Program-made: the position numbers and the translations under genes
Shown: positions 27,253 through 36,993 of the stretch, one piece after another
How the letters are laid out: every line of letters starts with the position of its first letter
Numbering within the stretch: the stretch's first letter is position 1
NCBI GenBank assembly: GCA_947454395.1
Contig: CANGLG010000001.1
Location: forward strand, 1-59,607
Source of the DNA: Flavobacteriales bacterium
GTDB taxonomy: Bacteria; Bacteroidota; Bacteroidia; Flavobacteriales_D; Crocinitomicaceae
Reading direction: 5' to 3'
DNA length: 59,607 bases
The notes under the pieces: generated by a model
The model's input: the letters and a program-made list of their open reading frames with translations, nothing else
What the model was told of the DNA's origin: nothing
The model's database searches: none

Positions 27253-29925
27253 ATGAAATTCAGAATTCTCCTCCTGATTATACTTATTTCAACACAGTTG
27301 AGAGCATCCCACATTATTGGCGGAGATATTTATTACGATTATTTGGGTAATAATCAATATCGATTCTACATTACACTCTATAGGGACTGTAATTCTACTG
27401 GAGCTGAATATGATGACCCTATGAAACTCACTATATACAATCCAAACGGCACGATGTTAGTGAACCTAGATGTGCCGTTTCCAGGAAGTGTTTACGTGCC
27501 AATCCCGTTTAATAACCCTTGTGCGACTCCACCGAATAATTTATGTGTTGAGAAAGCCGTTTATACTACAGTTGTTAACCTTCCGCCAATTGTTGGTGGC
27601 TATACTATTTCATATCAACGATGTTGCCGTGGGCCGAATGTCACGAATTTAGTTTCACCTGATGACACAGGTATTACATTAACTACACATGTACCTGGTT
27701 CAGAAACTGGATTTACAAATAACAGTAGCCCAAGATTCACATATTATCCGCCAATGTTGTTGTGTAATAATGAGCAAAAAATTATCGATCATTCAGCAAC
27801 AGATCCTGATGGAGATCAATTGGTTTATTCATTGGTTACACCTTATTCTGGTGCAAATTCATCGAATCCAATGCCATCACAGGCTCCAGCGCCACCCTAT
27901 TTTCCGGTTCAATGGGCTGGACCTTTCAATGCTCAAAACCCATTGGGACCTGGGGCGATTATTTCAATCAATCCAACAACAGGAATATTAACCGTTGACC
28001 CAAACATGATTGGTTTATTTGTTGTTGGTGTGCGCGTACAAGAATTTAGAAATGGAGTATTAGTTGGTGAAACAGTTCGCGACTTTCTCTTCCGTGTTTT
28101 TGATTGTAATATCACTTTACAAGCAATTTTACCAACACAGCAACAGCTTTCAACATTTGTTTCCTATTGCCAAGGGTTAATCGTTCAATTTGAAGACCAA
28201 TCCTATGGAGGTTCTAGCTATGCTTGGGATTTTGGTGTATCTGGAACAACCACCGATGTGAGCACAGCTTATGCACCAACGTTTACCTATCCTAGCCCGG
28301 GAAGTTATGTTGCACAATTAATAGTAAACCCTGGACAGCCTTGCACAGATACCGCTTACATGAACATTACGGTCAACAATCCATTTTCTGTTACTTGGGA
28401 CTCAGAAGACTCACTCTGTATAGTAGGGAATGTTTTTAATTTCATCGGCCAAACTTCAAATAGTGCCGCATCCTTTTCTTGGGACTTTGATTTAGATGCT
28501 TCCGTTCAATCTTCAACAAATTTATCTGTTCCGAACGTAACTTTCACCCAACCCGGTTTTCATGTTGTTACGATTAATGGAGATGATGGAGACTGCGCAA
28601 CTAGTTTCACCGATTCAATTTATATTTTTGATTTACCTATAAGTAGTATTGGAACTCCCGCTGACATTCAATGTTTTGGTTTAACAATACCATTCGATAA
28701 CAATTCAAGTAATTCAGTTATTTATGATTGGGATTTTGGGGTTCAAAATTCAAGTTCAGATGTCAGTTCACAATTTGAACCAACTTATTCTTTTCCATCA
28801 GCCGGAAATTATACAGTTCAATTAATTGCTGGCTCTTCGCCTACATGCAAAGATACCTCTACGGTTCAAATTACATTGAATGAACCATTAATCATGTCTT
28901 TTACGCACAATGATTCGCTTTGTATTACAGGTGGTCTATATGACTTCGATGCGACTGTTTCCGGGCCACCATCTACTACATTCCAATGGCAATTCGGAGC
29001 AAATGCTTCTCCCTCCACTTCAACTAATATCGACGTCAATGATGTTCAATACTTAAATCCTGGAACATATCCGGTGATGTTGATTGGTTCATACGACATT
29101 TGTAAGGATACTGTTTTTTCGAAAGTCTTTATTTATGGCGAACCTTCCATTGATTTTGCATACATGAATTCCTTACAATGCGCCCCTTCTACCGCACAAT
29201 TCGTCAACTTAAGTCAATCAGATGCTCCAACAATTTACACATGGAATTTTGGAGATGATGGGACTTCAAATGCATATAGCCCAAGTCATGTTTACACACA
29301 AGTTGGAAGTTATAGTGTAAGTCTGACGATGACGACTTTGAAAGGTTGTATTGATACACTTTACCTTATGCAACAGGATATAGTAACCGTTTATCCCTCT
29401 CCCAAAGCTAGTTTTCGGGTAAACCCTGATAAAGTAGATATTTGTAATTCAGAAGTTTCTTTCATTGATGAATCGACCGACGCGACGGATTATTTTTATT
29501 TCTTTGATGACAATCATTTTACAACATCCGAAGCCAATTTTGTTCATCAGTATACGCAATCCGGCTCTGATTATCCAATGCAAGTTGTGACCAATCAATA
29601 TGGTTGCAGTGACACGGCAATTCGAGAGGTTTTTGTGGAACCCTTCGTTTTCTATATTCCAAATACCTTTGTTCCGGATGGAAATAAAGTCAATGAGATT
29701 TTTAAGCCTGTGACCGCTTTTGAAATTACTTCTTGTGAGTTTTCAATTTTTGACAAATGGGGTGAGCGAATTTTTTATTCAGAAGACATTAATTATGGTT
29801 GGGAAGGTACTTACCAGGGTAAACAATGTCAAGACGGAACCTATATTTATACTTTTAAATACAAAGGCTGTGATTCTCCACATGAATGGAAATTGGTCGA
29901 AGGCTTTGTGAATTTGTTGCGATGA
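27253..29925 (+). CDS. large cell-surface protein with PKD-like repeats and a T9SS type B C-terminal sorting domain (gliding-motility-associated CTD)
   Basis: Signal peptide. Five repeats of the WDFG...(T/S)(F/Y)..PG.Y.V.L type. C-terminus FYIPNTFVPDGNKVNEIFKPV...FSIFDKWGERIFYSED...GWEGTYQGKQCQDGTYIYTFKY...VEGFVNLLR matches the type B (TIGR04131-like) CTD. Confidence 0.85.
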   Translation: MKFRILLLIILISTQLRASHIIGGDIYYDYLGNNQYRFYITLYRDCNSTGAEYDDPMKLTIYNPNGTMLVNLDVPFPGSVYVPIPFNNPCATPPNNLCVEKAVYTTVVNLPPIVGGYTISYQRCCRGPNVTNLVSPDDTGITLTTHVPGSETGFTNNSSPRFTYYPPMLLCNNEQKIIDHSATDPDGDQLVYSLVTPYSGANSSNPMPSQAPAPPYFPVQWAGPFNAQNPLGPGAIISINPTTGILTVDPNMIGLFVVGVRVQEFRNGVLVGETVRDFLFRVFDCNITLQAILPTQQQLSTFVSYCQGLIVQFEDQSYGGSSYAWDFGVSGTTTDVSTAYAPTFTYPSPGSYVAQLIVNPGQPCTDTAYMNITVNNPFSVTWDSEDSLCIVGNVFNFIGQTSNSAASFSWDFDLDASVQSSTNLSVPNVTFTQPGFHVVTINGDDGDCATSFTDSIYIFDLPISSIGTPADIQCFGLTIPFDNNSSNSVIYDWDFGVQNSSSDVSSQFEPTYSFPSAGNYTVQLIAGSSPTCKDTSTVQITLNEPLIMSFTHNDSLCITGGLYDFDATVSGPPSTTFQWQFGANASPSTSTNIDVNDVQYLNPGTYPVMLIGSYDICKDTVFSKVFIYGEPSIDFAYMNSLQCAPSTAQFVNLSQSDAPTIYTWNFGDDGTSNAYSPSHVYTQVGSYSVSLTMTTLKGCIDTLYLMQQDIVTVYPSPKASFRVNPDKVDICNSEVSFIDESTDATDYFYFFDDNHFTTSEANFVHQYTQSGSDYPMQVVTNQYGCSDTAIREVFVEPFVFYIPNTFVPDGNKVNEIFKPVTAFEITSCEFSIFDKWGERIFYSEDINYGWEGTYQGKQCQDGTYIYTFKYKGCDSPHEWKLVEGFVNLLR

Positions 29926-30266
29926 AAACACAGGTAAATCCTATTGCTTTATTTCTTTTATTAACTATTATCCTTTCAAGTTGTGCAAATTTATTTCATC
30001 GTGAAGTTGTTTTACATTCTTGGGAAAAACATACAATAGGTAAATACAAGATAGTTCATGGTCAATATGGTCATTTTCCGAGAAGATATGATGCTTACCG
30101 GCTTTATAAAATTCGCAGAAAAGGCTCAGATAAAATGCTTTCAACCACTGATTTTAAATATATTGATTCTGCAAAATGTAAAATTTACTTTGAAATAAAT
30201 GATAGAAGAAAAATCTATTTTGATATTTGTAAATTAAAGCGATTGAAAAAGAGAGAAATGGAGTGA
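29922..30266 (+). CDS. small basic lipoprotein, hypothetical
   Basis: ATGA overlap with the upstream stop. MKTQVNPIALFLLLTIILSSC lipobox. Lys/Arg-rich mature part. The track start at 29886 lies inside the upstream gene. Confidence 0.55.
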   Translation: MKTQVNPIALFLLLTIILSSCANLFHREVVLHSWEKHTIGKYKIVHGQYGHFPRRYDAYRLYKIRRKGSDKMLSTTDFKYIDSAKCKIYFEINDRRKIYFDICKLKRLKKREME

Positions 30267-30271
30267 TTGTA

Positions 30272-31000
30272 TTATTTTTTCCTCAATACAAAATTCTGAC
30301 CCAAGTAAACTTTTCGGACTTGTTCGTCATTGGCTAAATCTTCCGCAGAACCAGACTTTAGAATACTTCCCTCAAAAAGCAAATACGCGCGGTCAGTAAT
30401 GGAAAGGGTTTCTTGAACATTGTGATCTGTAATCAATATTCCAATATTTCGTTTTTTTAAGTCAGAAACAATGCTTTGTATGTCCTCAACGGCAATAGGG
30501 TCAACACCAGCAAAAGGTTCATCCAACAAAACAAATTTTGGATCCGTTGCAAGCGCACGAGCAATTTCAGTTCTTCTTTTTTCCCCTCCGGAAAGTCGAT
30601 TACCTAGGTTCTTACGAACATGAGTCAAATGAAATTCTTCTAATAATTGCTCGAGTTTTTCTTGACGTTCCTTTTTATTTAAATTAGTCATTTCCAAAAT
30701 GGCCATTATGTTATCTTCAACACTTAATTTCCGAAAGACAGAAACTTCTTGTGGCAAGTAACCAATTCCCATCTGCGCCCTTTTATACATGGGTAATTTT
30801 GTTATTTCAGTTCCATCAAGATAAACTTTCCCTTCATCTGGTCTTACCAACCCAACAATCATATAAAAAGAAGTCGTTTTACCTGCGCCATTTGGGCCCA
30901 ATAATCCAACTATTTCTCCCTGATTTACTTCCACAGAAACACCATTCACCACCGCTCTGCCGCGATACGTTTTTCGAATTTGCTCGGTGTAAAGTTTCAT
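30272..31000 (-). CDS. lptB: LPS export ABC transporter ATP-binding protein LptB
   Basis: Walker [10 protein letters not shown], signature [15 protein letters not shown], Walker [10 protein letters not shown], about 240 aa. Confidence 0.9.
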   Translation of the reverse strand: MKLYTEQIRKTYRGRAVVNGVSVEVNQGEIVGLLGPNGAGKTTSFYMIVGLVRPDEGKVYLDGTEITKLPMYKRAQMGIGYLPQEVSVFRKLSVEDNIMAILEMTNLNKKERQEKLEQLLEEFHLTHVRKNLGNRLSGGEKRRTEIARALATDPKFVLLDEPFAGVDPIAVEDIQSIVSDLKKRNIGILITDHNVQETLSITDRAYLLFEGSILKSGSAEDLANDEQVRKVYLGQNFVLRKK

Positions 31001-31012
31001 TGAACGAAGTTA

Positions 31013-33469
31013 CTAAAAATTAAATGCAAATTTCGCCCGAATTCCCAACGGACTCATTCCCGGGTCAAGGTGCGTCATTCTCCAGACCAAATCCACACGA
31101 ATCACTTTGAGTATGTTTTCAATTCCTACACTTGCTTCTGCGTATGGAATTCCATTAAAATGTTTTACAAAAGAAGGCAACAACATTTCAGTTTGATGCC
31201 TGGAACTGATATCTCCAATTGCTATTTTTCCGGTCGTAACAAGTCGTAATTTGAGTTTCTTAATCAAAGGAATTCGATCAAAGAATAAGCCTTCCCATTG
31301 ATTTTCAATAAATCCACTTGCGTATTTATCCGAAATAAATTCAAGAAAATTCAATTTATTAAATGCGCTTGACATCAGATACAAGGATTGATTTCCAGGA
31401 GTCACTTTTAAAAAAGGATAAGCTGTTGTACCAAAAATATAACCTAAAGATCCACCATAGTACATTCTTCCAAAAACTCCTAGTTGTCGATAATGCTCAA
31501 TCTGAAATTCCAATTTTTGGTAAGAATATTGACTTCCCATTAAGCCTTTTATTCCGAAAATTCCTTGTAATGAAAGTATTGGATTGGTACAAGTCATCGC
31601 TGTTCTGTCCAAATTTCCTGAAATAAATTCTTCGTCTTTTGCCCATCGAATTCTGGCCGTAAATTCTGCTGTTTTTATTTTAGAAATGGTCATTGTATCA
31701 AAATTTACTACTTTTCTGTAGTTGGCCAAACCTAATGGTGTATATTCCTTCCACTCCATTCCTCCATACGCGACAAAGTCTTTTTTTATGTCTTTTTCAA
31801 AACTTAATCCCGCTTTTGTTACAAATGTCAATTTATCAAAAGGTGCAGTACTCAAAACGGTAGAAAAAGTATTTCCCATTGATAGCGCGTAAGAAGATTG
31901 TCCAATCTGTTCGATATCGTAACTATAATAACTTGTTAAAAGACCTCGTTTTTTTGGTGTTACATTGTAACGAATTGATGCACCGTATTTTATTTTCTGA
32001 TCACCAAAACCATAAGCTAGTCTGCCTCCAAATTCGACACGTTTTGAAAATGAATTAGAGGTTCTCAAAGCCAATGCCATTCTAAACTTTTCCACTGGAT
32101 TAAAGGCCATGACTGATGTCAAATTTCCAAGTTCTATTTTTCCAAGTTGATAGTAACCGGTAGAAGCTAAATATGTAACATTTTTCATTGTTTTAAAAAA
32201 CCGATTATTGTTTAACGAATCAATCATCTGGTTTATCTCCTGTTCTTGTGTGCTGAGTTCTTGATGGCGGACTTTATTCCAGTAATCCGAACTTCTCAAT
32301 TTTGCGCTGTCCTGAATTTCAACGGTGTTATCACCACGATAAAAATCTGGCTCATGTTTTTCATTGATTTTAAAGTATTTTCTGCTACTCGTCTTTCTTC
32401 CAAAAACACCATATACTTTTGTTTTCTCAGTTAATCGGATGTCTGCTATTAATTTTTCTTTTGTCATCATCCAAACTTCTTTTTCAACTTGTTCAAATTC
32501 CTGTTCAAAGTAAAAATCCTGAATGTAATTTAAGTTAGCATCTGGAGAAATGGTAGCACTAAACTTTTTTATGGCGTAGGTTGTGTCATGAATCCACATC
32601 TCACCAGAAAAGGTCAAGTCACCAGTTCGTTTCGGTTTAAAACGCATTTTATAGCACCAGTTATTGTCAATAAAAGATGAATCTTCCACATAAAAATGAT
32701 AATATCCTCGTGCATAGTTCGAAACGGGACTAATAAAAGACTTAAAAAACATGTCATAAATATTGTCATATACATTAATATCCAAATACATATCTCCAAG
32801 ATATTGATGCATTTGAATGTTTTCTACACCCGATATTTGAGTCGCTTTTACAATCTCTTTTTTAAGTTTAGGTTTATTCTTAAAATAGAAGTCGGATACT
32901 GTTTCACTCAGTATAATTGGTAAAAAAGACTTTCCTTCTTCGGTAGAATCTAAATAATTCATAATTACGTCCAAACGTTTAACTACACCATTTTTAGAAA
33001 ATTTATCGCCGATATTATTTAAGTCTAATTGAATTTTATTGTAAGCTTCATATTCGTAAGCATCTAGCTTCTCTTTATTATTGACTGATTTATTGGCAAT
33101 AATGCGCTTGTGTAATTTTATTGCAAAGGGTTCATCAGGTGGCCTAATTACAACTTCTTTATGAATGTTTGATCGTGTTTCTAGAGTGATATTAATTTCC
33201 TGGACCTTGTCTTTTTCTACTTTTATCGAAGTTAATTTATAACCGGGATACATAAACATGAGTGAATCCGTAGCATAATACGTAGAGATTTTATAATTAC
33301 CTAAAGAGTCAGTAATAGTTCCAATTTTTGAATTCATGAACTGAACCTTTACAAATGGAAAACCAAATCCTGATTCAGCATCAATTACTTGACCACGAAC
33401 GATGGTCTGTTGTGAAAAGACTGCGAAAGATGATAAAATTAGAATGGTGAATAGAACAAAAAACCGCAT
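31013..33469 (-). CDS. CarboxypepD_reg-like domain plus DUF5686-type large outer-membrane-associated protein
   Basis: Signal peptide ...SSFAVFS|QQT. N-terminus VRGQVIDAESGFGFPFVKVQF...TDSLGNYKI (CRD fold). Long beta-rich C-terminal part ending ...AKFAFNF. The track start is GTG; the ATG is at 33469. Confidence 0.7.
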   Translation of the reverse strand: MRFFVLFTILILSSFAVFSQQTIVRGQVIDAESGFGFPFVKVQFMNSKIGTITDSLGNYKISTYYATDSLMFMYPGYKLTSIKVEKDKVQEINITLETRSNIHKEVVIRPPDEPFAIKLHKRIIANKSVNNKEKLDAYEYEAYNKIQLDLNNIGDKFSKNGVVKRLDVIMNYLDSTEEGKSFLPIILSETVSDFYFKNKPKLKKEIVKATQISGVENIQMHQYLGDMYLDINVYDNIYDMFFKSFISPVSNYARGYYHFYVEDSSFIDNNWCYKMRFKPKRTGDLTFSGEMWIHDTTYAIKKFSATISPDANLNYIQDFYFEQEFEQVEKEVWMMTKEKLIADIRLTEKTKVYGVFGRKTSSRKYFKINEKHEPDFYRGDNTVEIQDSAKLRSSDYWNKVRHQELSTQEQEINQMIDSLNNNRFFKTMKNVTYLASTGYYQLGKIELGNLTSVMAFNPVEKFRMALALRTSNSFSKRVEFGGRLAYGFGDQKIKYGASIRYNVTPKKRGLLTSYYSYDIEQIGQSSYALSMGNTFSTVLSTAPFDKLTFVTKAGLSFEKDIKKDFVAYGGMEWKEYTPLGLANYRKVVNFDTMTISKIKTAEFTARIRWAKDEEFISGNLDRTAMTCTNPILSLQGIFGIKGLMGSQYSYQKLEFQIEHYRQLGVFGRMYYGGSLGYIFGTTAYPFLKVTPGNQSLYLMSSAFNKLNFLEFISDKYASGFIENQWEGLFFDRIPLIKKLKLRLVTTGKIAIGDISSRHQTEMLLPSFVKHFNGIPYAEASVGIENILKVIRVDLVWRMTHLDPGMSPLGIRAKFAFNF

Positions 33470-33481
33470 CAACACAAGATT

Positions 33482-34270
33482 TTAGGATTTTTCTTTCAAT
33501 TTATTTTTTTCAACTCGAACTGCGACCAATATTCCAACTTCATATAAAATAAGCAGTGGCACAGAAACAATTATCTGCGTTATCCAATCCGGAGGTGTTA
33601 TAATTGCAGCTAAAATTAAAATAACAACGATAGCATGTCTACGGTATTTTTTCAAGAAAGTAGAATCAAATAAACCAATCTTCGTAAGAAAATAAGTAAC
33701 TATGGGCAATAAGAAAAATAATCCAGTATAAAATACAGTTGAAATAATCGTACTCATGTAGGAGTCAATCGTATAGATATTTTCGATTTTTTCGCTCATT
33801 TGAAATGTTCCGAAAAACTGGATACTCATGGGAGCAACAACAAAGTAGCCGAATAATATTCCTAAAAAGAATAAGAAACTCACATAAAAAACCATTCCTC
33901 GAGCCATTTGTTTTTCCTTGAACTTTAATCCCGGTTTTACAAATGCCCAAAGTTGATAAAAAATAAAAGGAAAGGCCACGATAACACCTCCGACAATACT
34001 CATCATTAAAGCATATGAAAACTGACCTGAAACAGTCATACTCTGAAAATTCACATTTAATTTTTCAGAACAAATACCGAACTTTTGGCAAAGAAATTGA
34101 AAAGTGATAAAATCATCTTCAGCCATCGCGAGAAACACTTTTTCAATAATTACCTCTTGATAATACCAAATAACTAATCCTGCAATTATTACGGCGATAA
34201 CAGCTCGAACTAGCCTCCAGCGAAGCTCTTCAAGATGTTGAAGAAATGACATGTTTGAATCCTCAGACAT
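33482..34270 (-). CDS. tatC: twin-arginine translocase subunit TatC
   Basis: MSEDSNMSFLQHLEELRWRL followed by 6 TM helices. The track start at 34312 is TTG and lies upstream of the -7 box. Confidence 0.9.
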   Translation of the reverse strand: MSEDSNMSFLQHLEELRWRLVRAVIAVIIAGLVIWYYQEVIIEKVFLAMAEDDFITFQFLCQKFGICSEKLNVNFQSMTVSGQFSYALMMSIVGGVIVAFPFIFYQLWAFVKPGLKFKEKQMARGMVFYVSFLFFLGILFGYFVVAPMSIQFFGTFQMSEKIENIYTIDSYMSTIISTVFYTGLFFLLPIVTYFLTKIGLFDSTFLKKYRRHAIVVILILAAIITPPDWITQIIVSVPLLILYEVGILVAVRVEKNKLKEKS

Positions 34271-34274
34271 AGTG

Positions 34275-34282
34275 CAAAAGTA
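34275..34282 (-). promoter_or_regulatory. putative -7 box TACTTTTG upstream of tatC
   Basis: 4 nt before the ATG at 34270. Confidence 0.4.
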
Positions 34283-34354
34283 ATCATTCAAACGCAGTTT
34301 TAAGCGAAACAAAAAAAGAAAATAAGAACGTAAATCGTTTACGATCTACTGAAA

Positions 34355-34362
34355 TAACTTTG
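34355..34362 (+). promoter_or_regulatory. putative -7 box TAACTTTG upstream of the 104-aa ORF
   Basis: 18 nt before the ATG at 34381. Confidence 0.4.
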
Positions 34363-34380
34363 TTTTATAAAATTTAAGCT

Positions 34381-34695
34381 ATGGAAACAATATCATTAAA
34401 ATCAATCAGATTTAACTCTTTTGATGAACAAGCAAAATTAGTAGGAGAAGTTCAAAAAGATGCTCTTTCGTATTGGACTACTTTTGTGATTGACTTGCTT
34501 GATTTGAACAAACTGCTCAACCTTATTCAAAAGAACAACGATGATTCAGACGTAAACGATTTGATTCAAACAGCCGACTTTGTTGATTTCACCGAATATG
34601 AAATAAATTTTGACCAACTTCCTAATAGTTCTATTCACAAAAGTGAGTTAGATTTTTTGGTAGACCATCAATTTAAAAAACAGATAAGAGCGTAA
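34381..34695 (+). CDS. hypothetical acidic 104-aa protein
   Basis: ATG-initiated ORF 18 nt after a TAACTTTG box. No recognisable motif. Confidence 0.45.
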   Translation: METISLKSIRFNSFDEQAKLVGEVQKDALSYWTTFVIDLLDLNKLLNLIQKNNDDSDVNDLIQTADFVDFTEYEINFDQLPNSSIHKSELDFLVDHQFKKQIRA

Positions 34696-35064
34696 TTAAG
34701 GCTGAATGAAAACAGTTTCTTCATTCACTTTTTCAGCTTCAATTTTTATTATTCCTTGGCCAACCTTATTTTGTTTTTGTGCTTTAATATCTAAAACAGC
34801 CACACCTGCTTGTCCCAATTGATACAAATCGTTGTAGTTAAAGGTTGCCATTCCAGAAGAATTCGTATAGGCCGTGTCAAATACAGCAACTTGCTGAGGT
34901 GTTCCTGCGGTATTTGTACCATAAAGAATAACCATTGCATTACCCACAACAGCGTTGTTGTCGTCTCTCACATAAATGTTTGCTATTGTATCTTTTTTCT
35001 TTCTACAAGATGTAATAGCGAAAACAGTACTTAATGCGAATAATAATATAAATGTATTTTTCAT
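34696..35064 (-). CDS. small lipoprotein, single CRD/Ig-like beta-sandwich domain (paralog 1 of 3)
   Basis: Lipobox FAITSC, then RKKKDTIANIYVRDDNNAVVGNAMVILYG...YTNSSGMATFNYNDLYQLGQAGVAVLDIKA. Confidence 0.6.
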   Translation of the reverse strand: MKNTFILLFALSTVFAITSCRKKKDTIANIYVRDDNNAVVGNAMVILYGTNTAGTPQQVAVFDTAYTNSSGMATFNYNDLYQLGQAGVAVLDIKAQKQNKVGQGIIKIEAEKVNEETVFIQP

Positions 35065-35070
35065 TTTCTT

Positions 35071-35442
35071 TTAGTTCGGTATATAAATGGTTTCAACTGA
35101 AGTGGTATGAACACGGCATCGTGTGTACCCATTTCCTATTTTATTGTTGTATTTTACGATGATATCAAAATATCCAGTTGTGTTCTCTTCTCCCGAAGTA
35201 CTGAAATACTGATCCATGTCTACAACAGAAAAGCCTGAACTATTCGTATAAGAAGTATCTACAAATTCCAAAGTGGGAGGATTTGATTGTTGATCGCCAA
35301 TTACAATTACTTTCGCACCGTTAATTAATTGATTTGTAGAAGACCTTACAAAAACCTTCAATACAGCAGGATCTTTTGGTTTACATCCCGCTAAAACCAA
35401 TAAAGCAAGAATGAAAAAAGATAAAAAAGTTAGTTTTTTCAT
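35071..35442 (-). CDS. small lipoprotein, single CRD/Ig-like domain (paralog 2 of 3)
   Basis: Lipobox VLAGC, then KPKDPAVLKVFVRSSTNQLINGAKVIVIGD...YTNSSGFSVVDMDQYF. A TAAATTTG box lies 14 nt upstream. Confidence 0.6.
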   Translation of the reverse strand: MKKLTFLSFFILALLVLAGCKPKDPAVLKVFVRSSTNQLINGAKVIVIGDQQSNPPTLEFVDTSYTNSSGFSVVDMDQYFSTSGEENTTGYFDIIVKYNNKIGNGYTRCRVHTTSVETIYIPN

Positions 35443-35456
35443 AGTTTAAAAGTGAC

Positions 35457-35464
35457 CAAATTTA
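35457..35464 (-). promoter_or_regulatory. putative -7 box TAAATTTG upstream of lipoprotein paralog 2
   Basis: 14 nt before the ATG at 35442. Confidence 0.4.
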
Positions 35465-35509
35465 CAATTTTTTTCTTAAAATACAAAATACGTTAATGGT
35501 CGAAATTTG

Positions 35510-35908
35510 TTACTGAATCACGATAAAAGATTCGTTATTCGTTTCTTCGGTAATTTCAACAATATTCTCTCCAGTTTGACTGTAATAGATTGCCTTTAAT
35601 TTTAATATCGCTACTCCCGTCTGACCAGAATCATATAAAAAGTTAAAGTTAAAGTTGGCTACTCCAGTTTTATCTGTCTTTTCTTTTAGATTCACTGAAG
35701 GTGCATTTTGATTTAAAGTATCTGTTGGTTCAGCATAAATTTGAACATCCGCTCCTTCCAATAACTGACCACTTGAATTACGAACATAGACCTTCAAGAT
35801 TGTATCTTTCTTCTTATAACAACTATTCAATATGAAGAATAAAGAAAATAAAATAAGCAAAGCAGATTTGCATCTTAATTTACCTCGCATTTTCTTATAA
35901 ATTTGCAT
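35510..35908 (-). CDS. small lipoprotein, single CRD/Ig-like domain (paralog 3 of 3)
   Basis: Lipobox FILNSC, then YKKKDTILKVYVRNSSGQLLEGADVQIYAE...TDKTGVANFNFNFLYDSGQTGVAILKLKA. Two in-frame ATGs (35908 and 35890); the start is uncertain. Confidence 0.6.
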   Translation of the reverse strand: MQIYKKMRGKLRCKSALLILFSLFFILNSCYKKKDTILKVYVRNSSGQLLEGADVQIYAEPTDTLNQNAPSVNLKEKTDKTGVANFNFNFLYDSGQTGVAILKLKAIYYSQTGENIVEITEETNNESFIVIQ

Positions 35909-35970
35909 TATAAAGTGTTTCTAATAACATTTTAACAAATTAACCGATTAAAAAGTTACAACTTTAGTAA

Positions 35971-36993
35971 ATGAAATCTAAAATTGCCACAATAAAAGAA
36001 GAAATAAATAATTATTCTTTTGACTCTGCAGAAAATCTTGAAGCATTTAGAATCAAATTCCTTGGTTCAAAAGGAATTACCAAAGAACTTTTTTCAGAAT
36101 TAAAAAATGTTCCCAATGAACAAAAAAGAGAGGTAGGTCAAGATCTCAACGATTTACGCAATTTCGCAGAAGATAAATACAACCACTTTAAAAGTCAAAT
36201 AGCTACTCAGAAAAGTGATGATAATAAGATCGATTTAAGCAAACCGGGAGAAGATTTCGAAATTGGTAGCCATCATCCATTATCGCTTGTTAAAAAAGAA
36301 ATTATTTCAATTTTTTCAAAAATAGGTTACGTTGTTTCGGAAGGCCCAGAAATTGAAGATGATTGGCACAATTTTACTGCACTCAATTTCCCTCCTGAAC
36401 ATCCGGCGCGAGACATGCAAGATACATTCTTCATCGAAAAAGGAGAGAAAGAAATTGCCTTGAGAACACACACAAGTTCTGTTCAGGTTAGAGTAATGGA
36501 AAACACACAGCCACCTATTCGAACAATTTCACCGGGAAGAGTTTATCGTAATGAGGCAATCTCAGCGCGTGCACATTGCTTTTTCCATCAAGTAGAAGGT
36601 CTTTACATCGCTAAAGGCGTGTCATTTGCCGATTTAAAACAAACATTACTCTTTTTTGCACGGGAAATGTTTGGTGAAAAAGCTGAAATCCGATTAAGAC
36701 CATCCTACTTTCCTTTTACGGAACCAAGTGCTGAAGTAGATGTTTCTTGTACTTTGTGCAACAGCAAAGGGTGCAACGTTTGTAAATACACTGGCTGGCT
36801 TGAAATTTTAGGTTGCGGAATGGTGGATCCAAATGTTTTAGACTCTTGTGGTATCGACTCGCAAACTTATTCTGGATTTGCTTTTGGAATGGGAGTAGAA
36901 AGAATTGCTCAATTGAAATATCGTGTTACTGATTTACGACTTTATTCCGAAAATGACATTCGATTTTTAAAACAATTTAAAACGGGAATTTAA
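35971..36993 (+). CDS. pheS: phenylalanine--tRNA ligase subunit alpha
   Basis: FPPEHPARDMQDTFF, RTHTSSVQVR, and class II motif 3 GFAFGMGVERIA. Confidence 0.95.
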   Translation: MKSKIATIKEEINNYSFDSAENLEAFRIKFLGSKGITKELFSELKNVPNEQKREVGQDLNDLRNFAEDKYNHFKSQIATQKSDDNKIDLSKPGEDFEIGSHHPLSLVKKEIISIFSKIGYVVSEGPEIEDDWHNFTALNFPPEHPARDMQDTFFIEKGEKEIALRTHTSSVQVRVMENTQPPIRTISPGRVYRNEAISARAHCFFHQVEGLYIAKGVSFADLKQTLLFFAREMFGEKAEIRLRPSYFPFTEPSAEVDVSCTLCNSKGCNVCKYTGWLEILGCGMVDPNVLDSCGIDSQTYSGFAFGMGVERIAQLKYRVTDLRLYSENDIRFLKQFKTGI

